From contig CAYQOU010000002.1 in NCBI GenBank assembly GCA_964419255.1, positions 44,892 to 108,891 of the forward strand: a stretch of 64,000 nucleotides of DNA, given 5' to 3'. Every line of letters starts with the position of its first letter. Position 1 is the stretch's first letter. The notes under the pieces were generated by a model. It ran no database searches. It was not told where the DNA came from and saw only the letters and a list, made by a program, of their open reading frames with translations. This DNA comes from an uncultured Fibrobacterota bacterium (GTDB lineage Bacteria; Fibrobacterota; Chitinivibrionia; Chitinivibrionales; CAYFVL01). Below, one piece after another: positions 52,052 through 61,478 of the stretch. Position numbers and translations under genes: made by a program.

Positions 52052-52369
52052 ATGGCAAATATCACAAAAAAAGACTTGGTCGAGCGCATTTCTGATGCTA
52101 CCGGACTGACACAGGTAGACACCAAAATAGTTGTAGAGAGTTTTCTTGATGCTGTTTCCCAGGCTCTGCAAACCGGAAGCAATATCGAGATCAGAGGTTT
52201 CGGACGATTTAAGATCAAAGAAAAGAAGGCACGTGTCGCCCGCAACCCACGCACCAATGAGCATATTGAGGTAGAGGCCGGATTCAAACCGATATTTGAA
52301 GCTTCAAAGGAGTTACGCAATCGCGTAAACGATAAGTTCATCGAACGGGAACAACAGAATATACAGTAG
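52052..52369 (+). CDS. HU/IHF family DNA-binding protein
   Basis: TKKDLV, IEIRGFGRF, ARNPRT; TTGACC promoter-like site at 51910. Confidence 0.95.
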   Translation: MANITKKDLVERISDATGLTQVDTKIVVESFLDAVSQALQTGSNIEIRGFGRFKIKEKKARVARNPRTNEHIEVEAGFKPIFEASKELRNRVNDKFIEREQQNIQ

Positions 52370-52393
52370 CCTGCAAGCTGCCAAGTGTACCAC

Positions 52394-52419
52394 AAAAAAG
52401 GGCGCTTTTTTCAGCGCCC
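52394..52419 (-). terminator. Intrinsic terminator
   Basis: GGGCGCT/AGCGCCC stem with A6 on the + strand. Confidence 0.7.
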
Positions 52420-52448
52420 CGACTTACCCCCGATTCAGCAACAAACCA

Positions 52449-53390
52449 TCAATTCTCTTTTACTACCCGATCCTCGTTTTTCCAAATCTCAAGTGCCGCG
52501 GTTTTGAGGTCTTTATACCAGGTGCGTATGTCCTCAGTTTCGACACCCAATTCACGGGCGATATCTTCAACGGGATTACCGCATTCGACACGCGCCACAG
52601 CCAGCCATCTTTTCCTGGGCTTAATGTAGGGTTTTTCATCATTTGGATTATTATCGGCTTCTATAGCAGCGTTTTCCGAAGCGGTTTCATCACCACTCTT
52701 GTCGTTAACTTCACCACCGTCGGTTTCATCCTCCTCACCTTCCGGTACGAACTGCTCGTCAGCCTTGTCCCCCAATGCTTCTGCGACACCTACCGACTCA
52801 CCCGGGCTATTCATCTCTTTTATATCAACGACTTCACGCTTCTCCTCGATCGCACTGGTTACTTCCGTCAGAAGACTATCCATAGAGACATTTTCGTGAT
52901 AGCCCACCGATGAGTATTTGACGGTTCCATCCGGGGCTATCACGAAGAGAGCCGGCAACGATTTAACTTTGTATCGCTCAGCCGTGCGGTGATACGGATC
53001 GAGCAACACCGGTAGCGTAACTTTGTTTTCTTCTACATACGGGTTGGCTACAGACGCGCCTTCCTTATCCATGTTGATAAGAAAAATTTTAATTTTCTTT
53101 TTACTGTTTTTCTCGTAGAATTTGATCAGCTCGGGTATCTCTTTTTTACACGGCTTACAGTAGGTTGCCCAAAAGCTGAGAATGACAGTATACGGTTGGT
53201 CATTGATATACGGTTTGGAAAGGTTAGTACCACACCATACCCGCAAAGCCTCCCGGTTACCATCAAGCGTAGGGAGGGAGAATGTAGGCGCCATTGTCCC
53301 CGCTTTCAGCGGCTGGGCATCGGCGGCATTTACTTCGAAGTATGCGCCATATAAGAATATGGCAGGAATGATGAACATGAGAAATTTCAC
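52449..53390 (-). CDS. TlpA/ResA-like thiol-disulfide oxidoreductase with acidic linker and C-terminal HTH-like domain
   Basis: Signal peptide, APTFSL, FWATYCKPC, SLPALFVI; C-terminal VEDIARELGVETEDIRTW. Confidence 0.85.
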   Translation of the reverse strand: MKFLMFIIPAIFLYGAYFEVNAADAQPLKAGTMAPTFSLPTLDGNREALRVWCGTNLSKPYINDQPYTVILSFWATYCKPCKKEIPELIKFYEKNSKKKIKIFLINMDKEGASVANPYVEENKVTLPVLLDPYHRTAERYKVKSLPALFVIAPDGTVKYSSVGYHENVSMDSLLTEVTSAIEEKREVVDIKEMNSPGESVGVAEALGDKADEQFVPEGEEDETDGGEVNDKSGDETASENAAIEADNNPNDEKPYIKPRKRWLAVARVECGNPVEDIARELGVETEDIRTWYKDLKTAALEIWKNEDRVVKEN

Positions 53391-53420
53391 AGTGCCCCCC
53401 TTTGGCTCAAAACCGATTAA

Positions 53421-54227
53421 TTACTTTTTGCCCAGTTCTCGAGACCTTTCTGTTGCTGCCAGGATTGCCTTCATGACAGAAAATGCAAACCCATTTTCCT
53501 CCAGCGAAAGTAATCCGTATGCAGTGGTTCCCCCCGCAGACATAACATTATGTTTTAGTTCCGCGGGTTCGGTCTGCGAACATTGTACCATTTTGGCGGC
53601 ACCAATCACCGTCTGGACAGCACATTCACGTGCGATTTTCGGTGGCAGTCCCGCTGTTATGCCCCCCTCGATCAGCGCCTCGATGAAACGATAGACATAG
53701 GCCGGCCCGCTGCCCGAAACCCCGGTGACAGCATCCAGCAGCGTTTCGGCCACCGCAAGTACCTTCCCACAGCAGCCCATGACACGCTCGACTGTCTGCC
53801 CATCTTTTTCGTCGCAATTGCTGCTGAGCGCATAGGCGGAAACACCTTCTCCAATCAAAGCAGGAGTATTAGGCATCACCCGGCACAGATGTGCATCATC
53901 CCCGAAATGGTTCGCAAGGCTGCTCATGTGCACGCCCGCCGCAATGGAGATCCACAGGACAGAGTTCCTCTTCCCACCGGCACAGGCGCAAAGCTCAGCT
54001 GCGACGGTTTGAATATCTTGCGGCTTTACGGCAATGAGCACAGCCTCGGGGCTTTCCTTATCATTAAACCATTGATCCGGAGATTTGACAAGGACAGATT
54101 CAGGCAACTGTTCCGTGGCTTTAGAAGATGAGTCATAGGCGGTGATTGTGAACTGGGGCTGAGCGGCAACAAGGCCATTTATGATTGCCCGCCCCATATT
54201 ACCACACCCCAGTACAGCAATATGCAT
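53421..54227 (-). CDS. proC: Pyrroline-5-carboxylate reductase
   Basis: GCGNMG, AVKPQ, RVMPNTP, GSGPAY, SAGGTT. Confidence 0.96.
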   Translation of the reverse strand: MHIAVLGCGNMGRAIINGLVAAQPQFTITAYDSSSKATEQLPESVLVKSPDQWFNDKESPEAVLIAVKPQDIQTVAAELCACAGGKRNSVLWISIAAGVHMSSLANHFGDDAHLCRVMPNTPALIGEGVSAYALSSNCDEKDGQTVERVMGCCGKVLAVAETLLDAVTGVSGSGPAYVYRFIEALIEGGITAGLPPKIARECAVQTVIGAAKMVQCSQTEPAELKHNVMSAGGTTAYGLLSLEENGFAFSVMKAILAATERSRELGKK

Positions 54228-54239
54228 GGTACGATTCCT

Positions 54240-55496
54240 TTAACTATTCATCGACTCCAAAAACTGCTGATTAGTTTTGGTGTTTGCGATTTTATCTTGC
54301 ATGAATTCCATCATTTCTATCGGAGCGCGTGCAGTGGATGAAAGGAATTTTCTGAGGATCCACATCCGGTTTAGCTCTTCCTTGCTCATCAGAAGCTCTT
54401 CCTTACGCGTACCGGAGCGCATCAGATCGATTGCCGGAAAGATTCGTCTGTCGGCAATTTTTCGATCCAGGACAAGCTCCATGTTACCGGTGCCTTTAAA
54501 CTCCTCGAAGATTACCTCATCCATGCGACTGCCTGTTTCTATAAGTGCAGTTGCAATGATTGTCAGGCTACCGCCGCGGTCGATGTTTCTGGCGGCTCCG
54601 AAGAAACGCTTGGGTTTGTAAAGCGCCTGGGAATCCACACCACCGGAAAGGATTCTGCCGGAATGCGGAGCCACGGTGTTGTGAGCGCGCGCAAGACGAG
54701 TGATACTATCCAGAAGGATGACCACATCACGATTGTGCTCGACAAGCCTCTTGGCACGTTCAATCACCATCTCGGCCACCACCACGTGGCGTTCTGCCGG
54801 CTCGTCAAAGGTGGAGCTGATGATCTCGGCACCTCTGACAGAGCGCTGCATATCGGTAACCTCTTCGGGCCGCTCGTCGATAAGCAGTACAATCAGGATT
54901 ACATCGGGATGGTTATGCAAAATTGCATTGGCGATGTTTTTGAGCAGCACTGTTTTACCGGTACGTGGAGGAGCTACGATAAGCCCTCTCTGCCCCTTAC
55001 CGATCGGCGTAAACAGGTTCATGACCCGCGTGGACAATTCCCGACGATCATATTCCATGTTGAATCGTTCTTCCGGAAAAAGCGGTGTCAGGTCATCAAA
55101 ATTGATCTTCTTTTTGCACTCCTCGGGATCTTCGAAATTAATCATCTCGACACGAAGAAGTGCAAAATAGCGCTCCGAATCTTTGGGAGGTCGCACCTGA
55201 CCGCTTACCGTATCCCCGGTACGCAGGTGAAATCTTTTTATCTGAGAAGGAGATACGTAGATATCATCCGGCCCGCTCAGATAACTGTTTGTGGGTGAGC
55301 GAAGGAAACCGAACCCATCAGGCATTATCTCCAGAACACCTTCGGCAAACATCTGGCCGTTTCTGGCCGCTTCGCCTTCGAGTATCTTGAAGATCAGCTC
55401 CTGCTTATTCAGGTGCCTGTGTTCACCAATGTTCAGGCTTACAGCCAGATCATTGAGTTCGGTCATCGACTTAGTCTTCAGTTCGACAACATTCAT
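54240..55496 (-). CDS. rho: Transcription termination factor Rho
   Basis: [35 protein letters not shown]. Confidence 0.98.
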   Translation of the reverse strand: MNVVELKTKSMTELNDLAVSLNIGEHRHLNKQELIFKILEGEAARNGQMFAEGVLEIMPDGFGFLRSPTNSYLSGPDDIYVSPSQIKRFHLRTGDTVSGQVRPPKDSERYFALLRVEMINFEDPEECKKKINFDDLTPLFPEERFNMEYDRRELSTRVMNLFTPIGKGQRGLIVAPPRTGKTVLLKNIANAILHNHPDVILIVLLIDERPEEVTDMQRSVRGAEIISSTFDEPAERHVVVAEMVIERAKRLVEHNRDVVILLDSITRLARAHNTVAPHSGRILSGGVDSQALYKPKRFFGAARNIDRGGSLTIIATALIETGSRMDEVIFEEFKGTGNMELVLDRKIADRRIFPAIDLMRSGTRKEELLMSKEELNRMWILRKFLSSTARAPIEMMEFMQDKIANTKTNQQFLESMNS

Positions 55497-55585
55497 TATT
55501 CTACCTCTATTGGATAGGAGGGTTGTGGAAGGTGGGATAAATTCTTTTTTATACCTGACATCGGGAAAAATTTTTCGCCGTTAGC

Positions 55586-55594
55586 AGTATAACA
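55586..55594 (-). promoter_or_regulatory. Extended -10 promoter candidate for rho
   Basis: Minus strand TGTTATACT ~90 bp upstream of the rho ATG. Confidence 0.45.
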
Positions 55595-55639
55595 AAAAAC
55601 TTGCCATTCATTTCTATTTTAAAAAACGCTTTCGCTTTT

Positions 55640-55818
55640 CTATAAGACGAATCTGGAAGCACGAAGGTTAAAAGATCCACTCGAAAACGATCGAGCGAAT
55701 GTAACGCAGTGCTCAGAGTGATGAAAATTTATTTGATTTTTTGGATTGGATTTTATACCAAACGAGTCGCTATGAGGTGTTCCTCTATCAAGGCACATGA
55801 TCCAGCACGATTCGGAAT
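55640..55818 (-). ncRNA. Putative 6S RNA (ssrS-like)
   Basis: ~175-nt rod with closing stem, central bubble carrying a 3' hairpin, and upper stem (paired by hand); own promoter immediately upstream and a weak U-tract hairpin downstream. Confidence 0.55.
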
Positions 55819-55823
55819 ACAAA

Positions 55824-55852
55824 AATTTACTTTATGTAGCTATACCTGTCAA
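55824..55852 (-). promoter_or_regulatory. Sigma70 promoter for the putative 6S RNA
   Basis: Minus strand TTGACA-17bp-TAAATT. Confidence 0.65.
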
Positions 55853-55887
55853 GTTTTTCTTGTATTCACTAAAACGTTACTATAAAT

Positions 55888-55927
55888 TGTACGAATCGCC
55901 GCGAGAGAATCGCTCAATTCAAATACA
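55888..55927 (-). repeat. MITE-like palindromic repeat, copy A (partial, inverted)
   Basis: CGAATCGCCGCGAGAGAATCGCTCAATTCA matches the reverse complement of copy D. Confidence 0.75.
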
Positions 55928-56023
55928 AATATATGTGATTGAAAGCAGTTTGCGGAAGGTGTTTTTTCTCTCCCACCTTATATTTCGCTGACAATCAGCT
56001 GAAATTGTCTATCCACGACACTT

Positions 56024-57190
56024 TTAAACCACCCGAAGCACCAGACCTTTGAGATACTCTCCTTCCCGGTGGGCGATGTTAGTCGGATGATCAAACGGCT
56101 GTCCCGGAGTATCAAGAAGCTGGACCTGCCGCTGTGCATCCACGGCCGCTCCAAAAATAATTTGTCTGAAAAGCTGTGGGTCTATAGCCTGCGAACAGGA
56201 AAACGTGAAAAGTACGCCTCCCGGTGCCAAAGCTTTCAAAGCAAGCAGATTCACATCTTTATATCCCCTTGCCGCTTTCTGACGCTCTCCATGGTGGCGG
56301 GCAAATTTTGGTGGATCAAGAATTATCAGCGAGAAAGACTCATTTACCTCACGAAGGAAATTAAACACGCTTGCGGCTGCGAAATCCTGTTCCTGGCATC
56401 CGAATCGGTTCAGTACCCGATTCTTCTTAGCCTGCTCCAACGCTTTCCGCGAAGCATCGACACTTATTACCCTTTCGGCCCCGCCCTTCAAGGCATTTAA
56501 TGAAAACCCTCCCGTGTAGCAGAAACAATCCGCTACACATGCCCCGCTCGCGTATCTGCGTACCAGGGCCCTGTTTTCTCTCTGATCCAGAAACAGCCCC
56601 GTCTTTTGCCCTCCCGCAAGGTCAACCTCATAGCACAGGTCATTTTCCCTGATTACCCGTTCACGGGGCATCTCCCCCCATATCAGATCATTTACTGATT
56701 GAATCTTCTCCCGTGAGACAGACTCGGCATCGGAGCGCTCATATATGAATTGAGGTGTGCATGTTTCTTTCAATGCACCTATTATCGACTCACGCATCAT
56801 GCGCATGCCCGCGGTAAGAAGCTGTACACACAAACCATCCCCATATCTGTCTACGATAAGCCCGGGAAGAAAATCTCCTTCCGAATTAATGAGACGATAT
56901 GCCGTGGTTTGATTGTCAAACATTCCCCTGCGACGGCTCACCGAACAGGCAATCCTCTCAAAAAGCAGTTGTGGCGTAAACTGCTCATCACCACGGGTAA
57001 GCACCCGGACCGATATCGAGGAAGACAAATTACAGTAGCCCTGCCCCAGGACCTCTCCGGATGAAGCCTTTATCGTGCCAATCTCACCCGGCTTCCCTTT
57101 TGGCTGCACCCTGTCTATGGCGCCGGAAAAGATCCAGGGATGCCCCGCTCGAACAGGCCGATCCTTTCCTTTTTTCAATACAATGTCCAT
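56024..57190 (-). CDS. rlmI: RlmI-like class I SAM-dependent rRNA methyltransferase (PUA domain)
   Basis: GHPWIFSGA, SEGDFLPGL, GQKTGLFLDQREN, LDPPKF, EGEYLKG; start MDIVLK at 57190. Confidence 0.88.
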   Translation of the reverse strand: MDIVLKKGKDRPVRAGHPWIFSGAIDRVQPKGKPGEIGTIKASSGEVLGQGYCNLSSSISVRVLTRGDEQFTPQLLFERIACSVSRRRGMFDNQTTAYRLINSEGDFLPGLIVDRYGDGLCVQLLTAGMRMMRESIIGALKETCTPQFIYERSDAESVSREKIQSVNDLIWGEMPRERVIRENDLCYEVDLAGGQKTGLFLDQRENRALVRRYASGACVADCFCYTGGFSLNALKGGAERVISVDASRKALEQAKKNRVLNRFGCQEQDFAAASVFNFLREVNESFSLIILDPPKFARHHGERQKAARGYKDVNLLALKALAPGGVLFTFSCSQAIDPQLFRQIIFGAAVDAQRQVQLLDTPGQPFDHPTNIAHREGEYLKGLVLRVV

Positions 57191-57192
57191 CG

Positions 57193-57260
57193 TATACCTG
57201 AAATCCCAACTTTGAGCGATTCTCTCGCGACGATTCACACAGAACAGCTCAATTCAGTTG
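57193..57260 (+). repeat. MITE-like repeat, copy B
   Basis: TATACCTGAA[9-bp insert]TTGAGCGATTCTCTCGCGACGATTCACACAGAACAGCTCAATTCAG. Confidence 0.8.
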
Positions 57261-57304
57261 AAAGAAAACTGTGCATTACAATGCAGCAAATAGTAATATT
57301 ACTG

Positions 57305-57365
57305 TATACCTGAATTATGCGACTCTCCCGCTGTAGTTCGCCCAGAATCGCTCAATTCAGATTCA
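57305..57365 (+). repeat. MITE-like repeat, copy C (degenerate)
   Basis: TATACCTGAATTATGCGACTCTCCCG...CAGAATCGCTCAATTCAG. Confidence 0.75.
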
Positions 57366-57418
57366 ACCTAAATTAAAACATTTACAGGAATTTATTCCAT
57401 TCTTCTTTGGATTTGCTC

Positions 57419-58441
57419 ATGAGTATAAAATCGTTTTTCATCGTCTTTTACTGCTGCATTCTCGCCGGATGCGCAGTGTCATCATCCCAAAAAGCCGAAC
57501 AGACAAAAGAAACAGAACCACAGAAACGCGCAGGCTCCCATGAGCCCGATTCATCATCCTCAACCCAAAACAGCCAGTCAGGACAACACTCCCCCCAAAG
57601 CACCAATACATCACAGGGAACACATATTCCGGTATCGGAATGGACCGGACATCAGTTCGTTTTACTTCGCATAAACCCGCAGTTTAGTGAATACGGGCAC
57701 CACCTTTATACAAGCCCGAATCTCGACAGGGAATCTTCACCCCCAAACAGTTCTATCGCAACAAATAAACATCGACTGCGCCATAAACCGTTTGCAGGCC
57801 ATATGGTCACTGTCCAAAATACGAAGAAAACAGAGGATGGCGAATGGTTTGTCACCTTCCTGCTCGACACCCTGGACCTTCGGCTCTACGCCAAAACAAA
57901 TCAGGGAGTCGTTGAAGGAATCGCTCTGGCCAATGATCTTGAAAAAGCTCGCGATTTTTTTCTCGGTGATACTATTTATTCACGAAAGAGACGAATAGAG
58001 ATGTACGATTCGATCCATCAGTCCTTTAGAAATATGGATGTTTCCGTTACGACCCCCCTTATTGTACATGATATCTGTTGGGGAACAACACCGCTGCCCT
58101 CAAAACCGTTATGGATTCAGGTTATCACTCCCCAGAACGACTCCGGCTTCATACCGGTACATTTCGGCACGACAAATACCATCACCGCCGCCGGCAACGG
58201 AGAGCTGCTCTGGATAAAGGACATTCTCCCCGAAAACCCTCGCAGCTACTATCAGTGGGACCCCTACGTCTGGGAAGTTATCGACAAACATAACATTTTC
58301 GAAGGAATGACCTCCGAGCAGGTTCTTCTTTCGTGGGGCAGCCCCGACAAAACGGAGAGGCAACAGGATTGCGATACCTGGGTTTATAACAACAGCACTC
58401 TGACTTTCTGCAAAGATACGCTGGTACGGCATGAGAACTGA
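57419..58441 (+). CDS. Hypothetical lipoprotein with C-terminal SmpA/OmlA-like motif
   Basis: Lipobox LAGC, S/Q/T-rich linker, GMTSEQVLLSWGSP...WVY. Confidence 0.75.
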   Translation: MSIKSFFIVFYCCILAGCAVSSSQKAEQTKETEPQKRAGSHEPDSSSSTQNSQSGQHSPQSTNTSQGTHIPVSEWTGHQFVLLRINPQFSEYGHHLYTSPNLDRESSPPNSSIATNKHRLRHKPFAGHMVTVQNTKKTEDGEWFVTFLLDTLDLRLYAKTNQGVVEGIALANDLEKARDFFLGDTIYSRKRRIEMYDSIHQSFRNMDVSVTTPLIVHDICWGTTPLPSKPLWIQVITPQNDSGFIPVHFGTTNTITAAGNGELLWIKDILPENPRSYYQWDPYVWEVIDKHNIFEGMTSEQVLLSWGSPDKTERQQDCDTWVYNNSTLTFCKDTLVRHEN

Positions 58442-58508
58442 GCCCCCTGATGCTGACAGGGGACGCATACTCCAAACGACGGGACAAATACAACGTGTTT
58501 CTTGAAAC

Positions 58509-58571
58509 TACACCCTGAATTAAGCTATTCTCTCGCGGCGATTCGCACGGAACCGCTCAATTCAGGGTATA
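58509..58571 (+). repeat. MITE-like repeat, copy D (best preserved, 63 bp)
   Basis: TACACCCTGAATTAAGCTATTC...GAACCGCTCAATTCAGGGTATA; ~22-bp imperfect terminal inverted repeats with TA ends. Confidence 0.85.
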
Positions 58572-58587
58572 ACTGTAACAGCCCCTG

Positions 58588-59946
58588 CTAAATGTCTATT
58601 TCCAGTATGGCATCCTTTATTACCTCGGCTACCGTCGGATGCGGAAAAACGACATCTGAGATTTCATTAATCTTCATTTTTTTCTGTATCATGACCGATG
58701 CTCCGTAAATCATTTCCGAACACTCTCCACCAATCATATGAATCCCCAGAAGCGTCCCGCTGTCTTTGTCCGCCACCGCTTTGATTATCCCATAGCCTCT
58801 CTCGGTTTCCGCCAGATAGCGACCACTGTATCCCAGGGGAATTTTGCTTGTTGCCACATCATACCCACGCTCCAGAGCCTGCTCCTTTGTCAGACCCACC
58901 GACGCGATTTCAGGGTGGGAGTATATCACATTGGGAATGGCATCATAATTCACCACGGCCTCTCTTCCCATGATCGTATCGATAACAACCTCGGCTTCGC
59001 GACTTGCCGTGTGAGCCAACATGCTTCTCCCATTGATATCTCCGGCAGCATAGACTCCGGAAACGTTTGTTCGCCCCTGCAAATCGACTTTAACCCTGCT
59101 CCCCTTCATCTCCACACCGATTTTCTCCAGCCCCAGCCCTTCGGTGGAAGGTCTTCGGCCCACGCTCATCAAGACAATATCGGCGGCAACCGTGTGTCGA
59201 CCACCGTCAAAGTCCTCAAACATCACATGTTTGTCACCGATTTCAGTAACGCGGGAATTCAGAACTATATTGACCCCCCTCTTTTCGAGCTGCTTGCCAA
59301 GTATGGTGCTTATCTCCTGATCGACTTCCCCCGCAATCCCGGGAAGCATCTCGATAATCGTGACCCGACTGCCGATTTCTGCAAATATGGTGGCAAATTC
59401 CAGCCCTATAACCCCGCCACCAATGATTACCAGTTTCTCGGGGATGAAATCGATCGACAAAATCTCCCTGTTCGTATACACAAAAGGCTGATCTGCACCG
59501 GGAACAGGCAGCCTTACAGCATCAGAGCCGGTGCAGAGAAGGAGTTTTTTTGCCGCATAATTTTTTTCACCCGCCTTAACGCGAAACATATCACCCGAAG
59601 GAGAAATGATATGCGCCCTCTCATAGACGACATCGACATTCTTTCTCTTTTTGTTATTTTCCGATGCTCTGCGGATTCTCTGAACCAGCTTATCTTTCCT
59701 GGCCATCGCCGCCTTTATATCGAAGTCGGCGTGCTGGACTGTCACTCCAAACACCTGGCTTTCCTTTGCCTGTGCATAGAGCCTGGAACAATGCAAAAGT
59801 GCCTTGGAAGGTATACACCCCTCGTTTAAACACACGCCGCCAAGTTTTCGCTGCTCGATAAGAAGCGTTTTGAGGCCTTCCTGTTGAGCTAATTCCGCGG
59901 CATTTCCCCCCGCAGGCCCACCGCCAATGACAACAACATCATACAT
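58588..59946 (-). CDS. lpdA: Dihydrolipoyl dehydrogenase
   Basis: GGGPAG, GGVCLNEGCIPSK, GGGVIGLE, MLAHTA, HPTVAE. Confidence 0.95.
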   Translation of the reverse strand: MYDVVVIGGGPAGGNAAELAQQEGLKTLLIEQRKLGGVCLNEGCIPSKALLHCSRLYAQAKESQVFGVTVQHADFDIKAAMARKDKLVQRIRRASENNKKRKNVDVVYERAHIISPSGDMFRVKAGEKNYAAKKLLLCTGSDAVRLPVPGADQPFVYTNREILSIDFIPEKLVIIGGGVIGLEFATIFAEIGSRVTIIEMLPGIAGEVDQEISTILGKQLEKRGVNIVLNSRVTEIGDKHVMFEDFDGGRHTVAADIVLMSVGRRPSTEGLGLEKIGVEMKGSRVKVDLQGRTNVSGVYAAGDINGRSMLAHTASREAEVVIDTIMGREAVVNYDAIPNVIYSHPEIASVGLTKEQALERGYDVATSKIPLGYSGRYLAETERGYGIIKAVADKDSGTLLGIHMIGGECSEMIYGASVMIQKKMKINEISDVVFPHPTVAEVIKDAILEIDI

Positions 59947-60287
59947 ATTTTTCCTCCACGAGACATCACGGGTACGGTGGCTTTAAAACAGCCCCACCCC
60001 TTGCTGTAATTGTGGTCATGAATATGATTCATGTCAGCCTGACCGGACAAGAAAAGGCCAGAACATACGACCGAAAGGTCAAACCACGCCGGTTGATCGG
60101 GGATGTATATTTTTACCTGAATCGAGTGGCTCCAGTGGGACGAAACGGGACAGGAGTGCTTAAGCGGATTTTCCTTCTCCTAATGCACCCCTCCGCCCAG
60201 CCGCAGACACACCGGCTGGACATCTTTCCCCCGGCAAAGGGAAGGCTTTTTAAAACCGGTTTTATCGCCTGCCCCTCCACCATACTT

Positions 60288-60428
60288 ATGGGGTGTCGCT
60301 AAATTGGCAAGGCATAACAAATGCCTCGACAGTCTCAGCACGAACGGCCTTTATGAGTCACATCAGCTAATCCGTTCGCCCTGAGCCGTGGAAAGGGTAT
60401 ACCAAACTACATTTAGCGATAATCCCTA
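60288..60428. mobile_element. MITE/REPIN-like element with an internal REP pair
   Basis: Terminal inverted repeat GGGTGTCGCTAAAT / ATTTAGCGATAATCCC; internal inverted pair CCTCGACAGTCTCAGCACGAACGG / CCGTTCGCCCTGAGCCGTGGAAAGGG. Confidence 0.7.
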
Positions 60429-60519
60429 TGCAAGGGGGGTCAATCAGCCCTTTCGGAGCTTTGATTCTCCGGCTTTGCCGGACTTAGTATTCTCATTCAG
60501 ACAGTCAAAAGGAGACCAC

Positions 60520-61362
60520 ATGAAACGAGTCGGTGCACACGTTTCTATTTCCGGCGGAGTCCAGAATGCTCCGGTCAACGCAAAAAACATCGGGGCGAAA
60601 GCGTTTGCCATGTTCACTAAAAATCAGCGCCAGTGGCACGCCAAAGCATACCCGTCATCGACGATAGACGCCTTTCACAAGGCAATGGAAGAAAACGGGT
60701 ATAAAGCCGAGCATGTCCTGCCCCACGACAGCTACCTGATCAACATCGGCAGTCCGGTTGCGGATATGTATGAGAAATCATTCAAAGCCTTCGTCGATGA
60801 GCTGAGCCGCTGTGATCAACTGGGACTGAAATTTCTTAACATCCACCCGGGCAGTCATGTCAAAAAAGTATCGGAAGAGCAGTGTATGGATACTATAGCC
60901 GAGAGCATAAACAAGGCATTCGATATCGTGCCACATGTAACCGTCGTGCTCGAAAACACCGCCGGTCAAGGTTCCAATGTCGGATACCGTTTCGAGCACC
61001 TGGCGTATATGATAGATAAGGTCGAAGATAAATCCCGCATCGGCGTGTGTCTGGATACCTGCCACACATTCGCCGCCGGCTACGATATTCAGACTCCAGG
61101 CGCATTTGATAAGACGATGGAGCACTTCGACCGGATCGTGGGTTTCTCGTATCTCAGAGGCATGCATCTCAACGACGCCAAAAGCGCTTACGGCAGCAAG
61201 CTCGACAGACACCAGAGTCTGGGTGAGGGAAACCTGGGCCTTGAAACCTTCCGATGCATCATGAATGATCCCCGATTCGAGGAGATCCCCTTGATTCTGG
61301 AGACAATTGATGATTCGAGATGGGCAGCGGAAATACGACTGTTGTATGATTTGGTTGATTGA
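60520..61362 (+). CDS. nfo: Endonuclease IV
   Basis: AGGAG RBS; [38 protein letters not shown]. Confidence 0.96.
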   Translation: MKRVGAHVSISGGVQNAPVNAKNIGAKAFAMFTKNQRQWHAKAYPSSTIDAFHKAMEENGYKAEHVLPHDSYLINIGSPVADMYEKSFKAFVDELSRCDQLGLKFLNIHPGSHVKKVSEEQCMDTIAESINKAFDIVPHVTVVLENTAGQGSNVGYRFEHLAYMIDKVEDKSRIGVCLDTCHTFAAGYDIQTPGAFDKTMEHFDRIVGFSYLRGMHLNDAKSAYGSKLDRHQSLGEGNLGLETFRCIMNDPRFEEIPLILETIDDSRWAAEIRLLYDLVD

Positions 61363-61384
61363 AAGAAGTAAGAAGGAAGAAGTA

Positions 61385-61424
61385 AGAAGAACGCGGCCCT
61401 CTCGGGAGTGCCGCTTCCTTCTTC
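61385..61424. terminator. Hairpin between convergent nfo and glgC
   Basis: GAAGAA-GCGGC...GCCGC-TTC-TTCTTC imperfect stem. Confidence 0.45.
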
Positions 61425-61478
61425 AAAATACCGGGATGCAGTCCCTTTTGGAGATGCCGCATCGGTTATCGTTTACCA

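Noticed and set aside
60030-60290. Riboswitch or ribozyme (glycine, cobalamin, c-di-GMP-I, hammerhead) in the lpdA-nfo gap
   Set aside because: Only isolated fragments (TCAGGTAAAA, GGGAAGGC..CCTGCC, CTGA..CGAAAC) are present; the required cores and stems are missing. Short hairpins remain unexplained.
60012-60302. 96-aa GTG-start ORF
   Set aside because: No RBS, no motif, and it runs into the MITE end.
60388-60519. N-terminal extensions given by the ORF track for nfo (also rlmI, hrcA, HtrA, OmpA)
   Set aside because: Extensions run through repeats, hairpins or upstream genes; downstream ATGs fit the family N-termini better.
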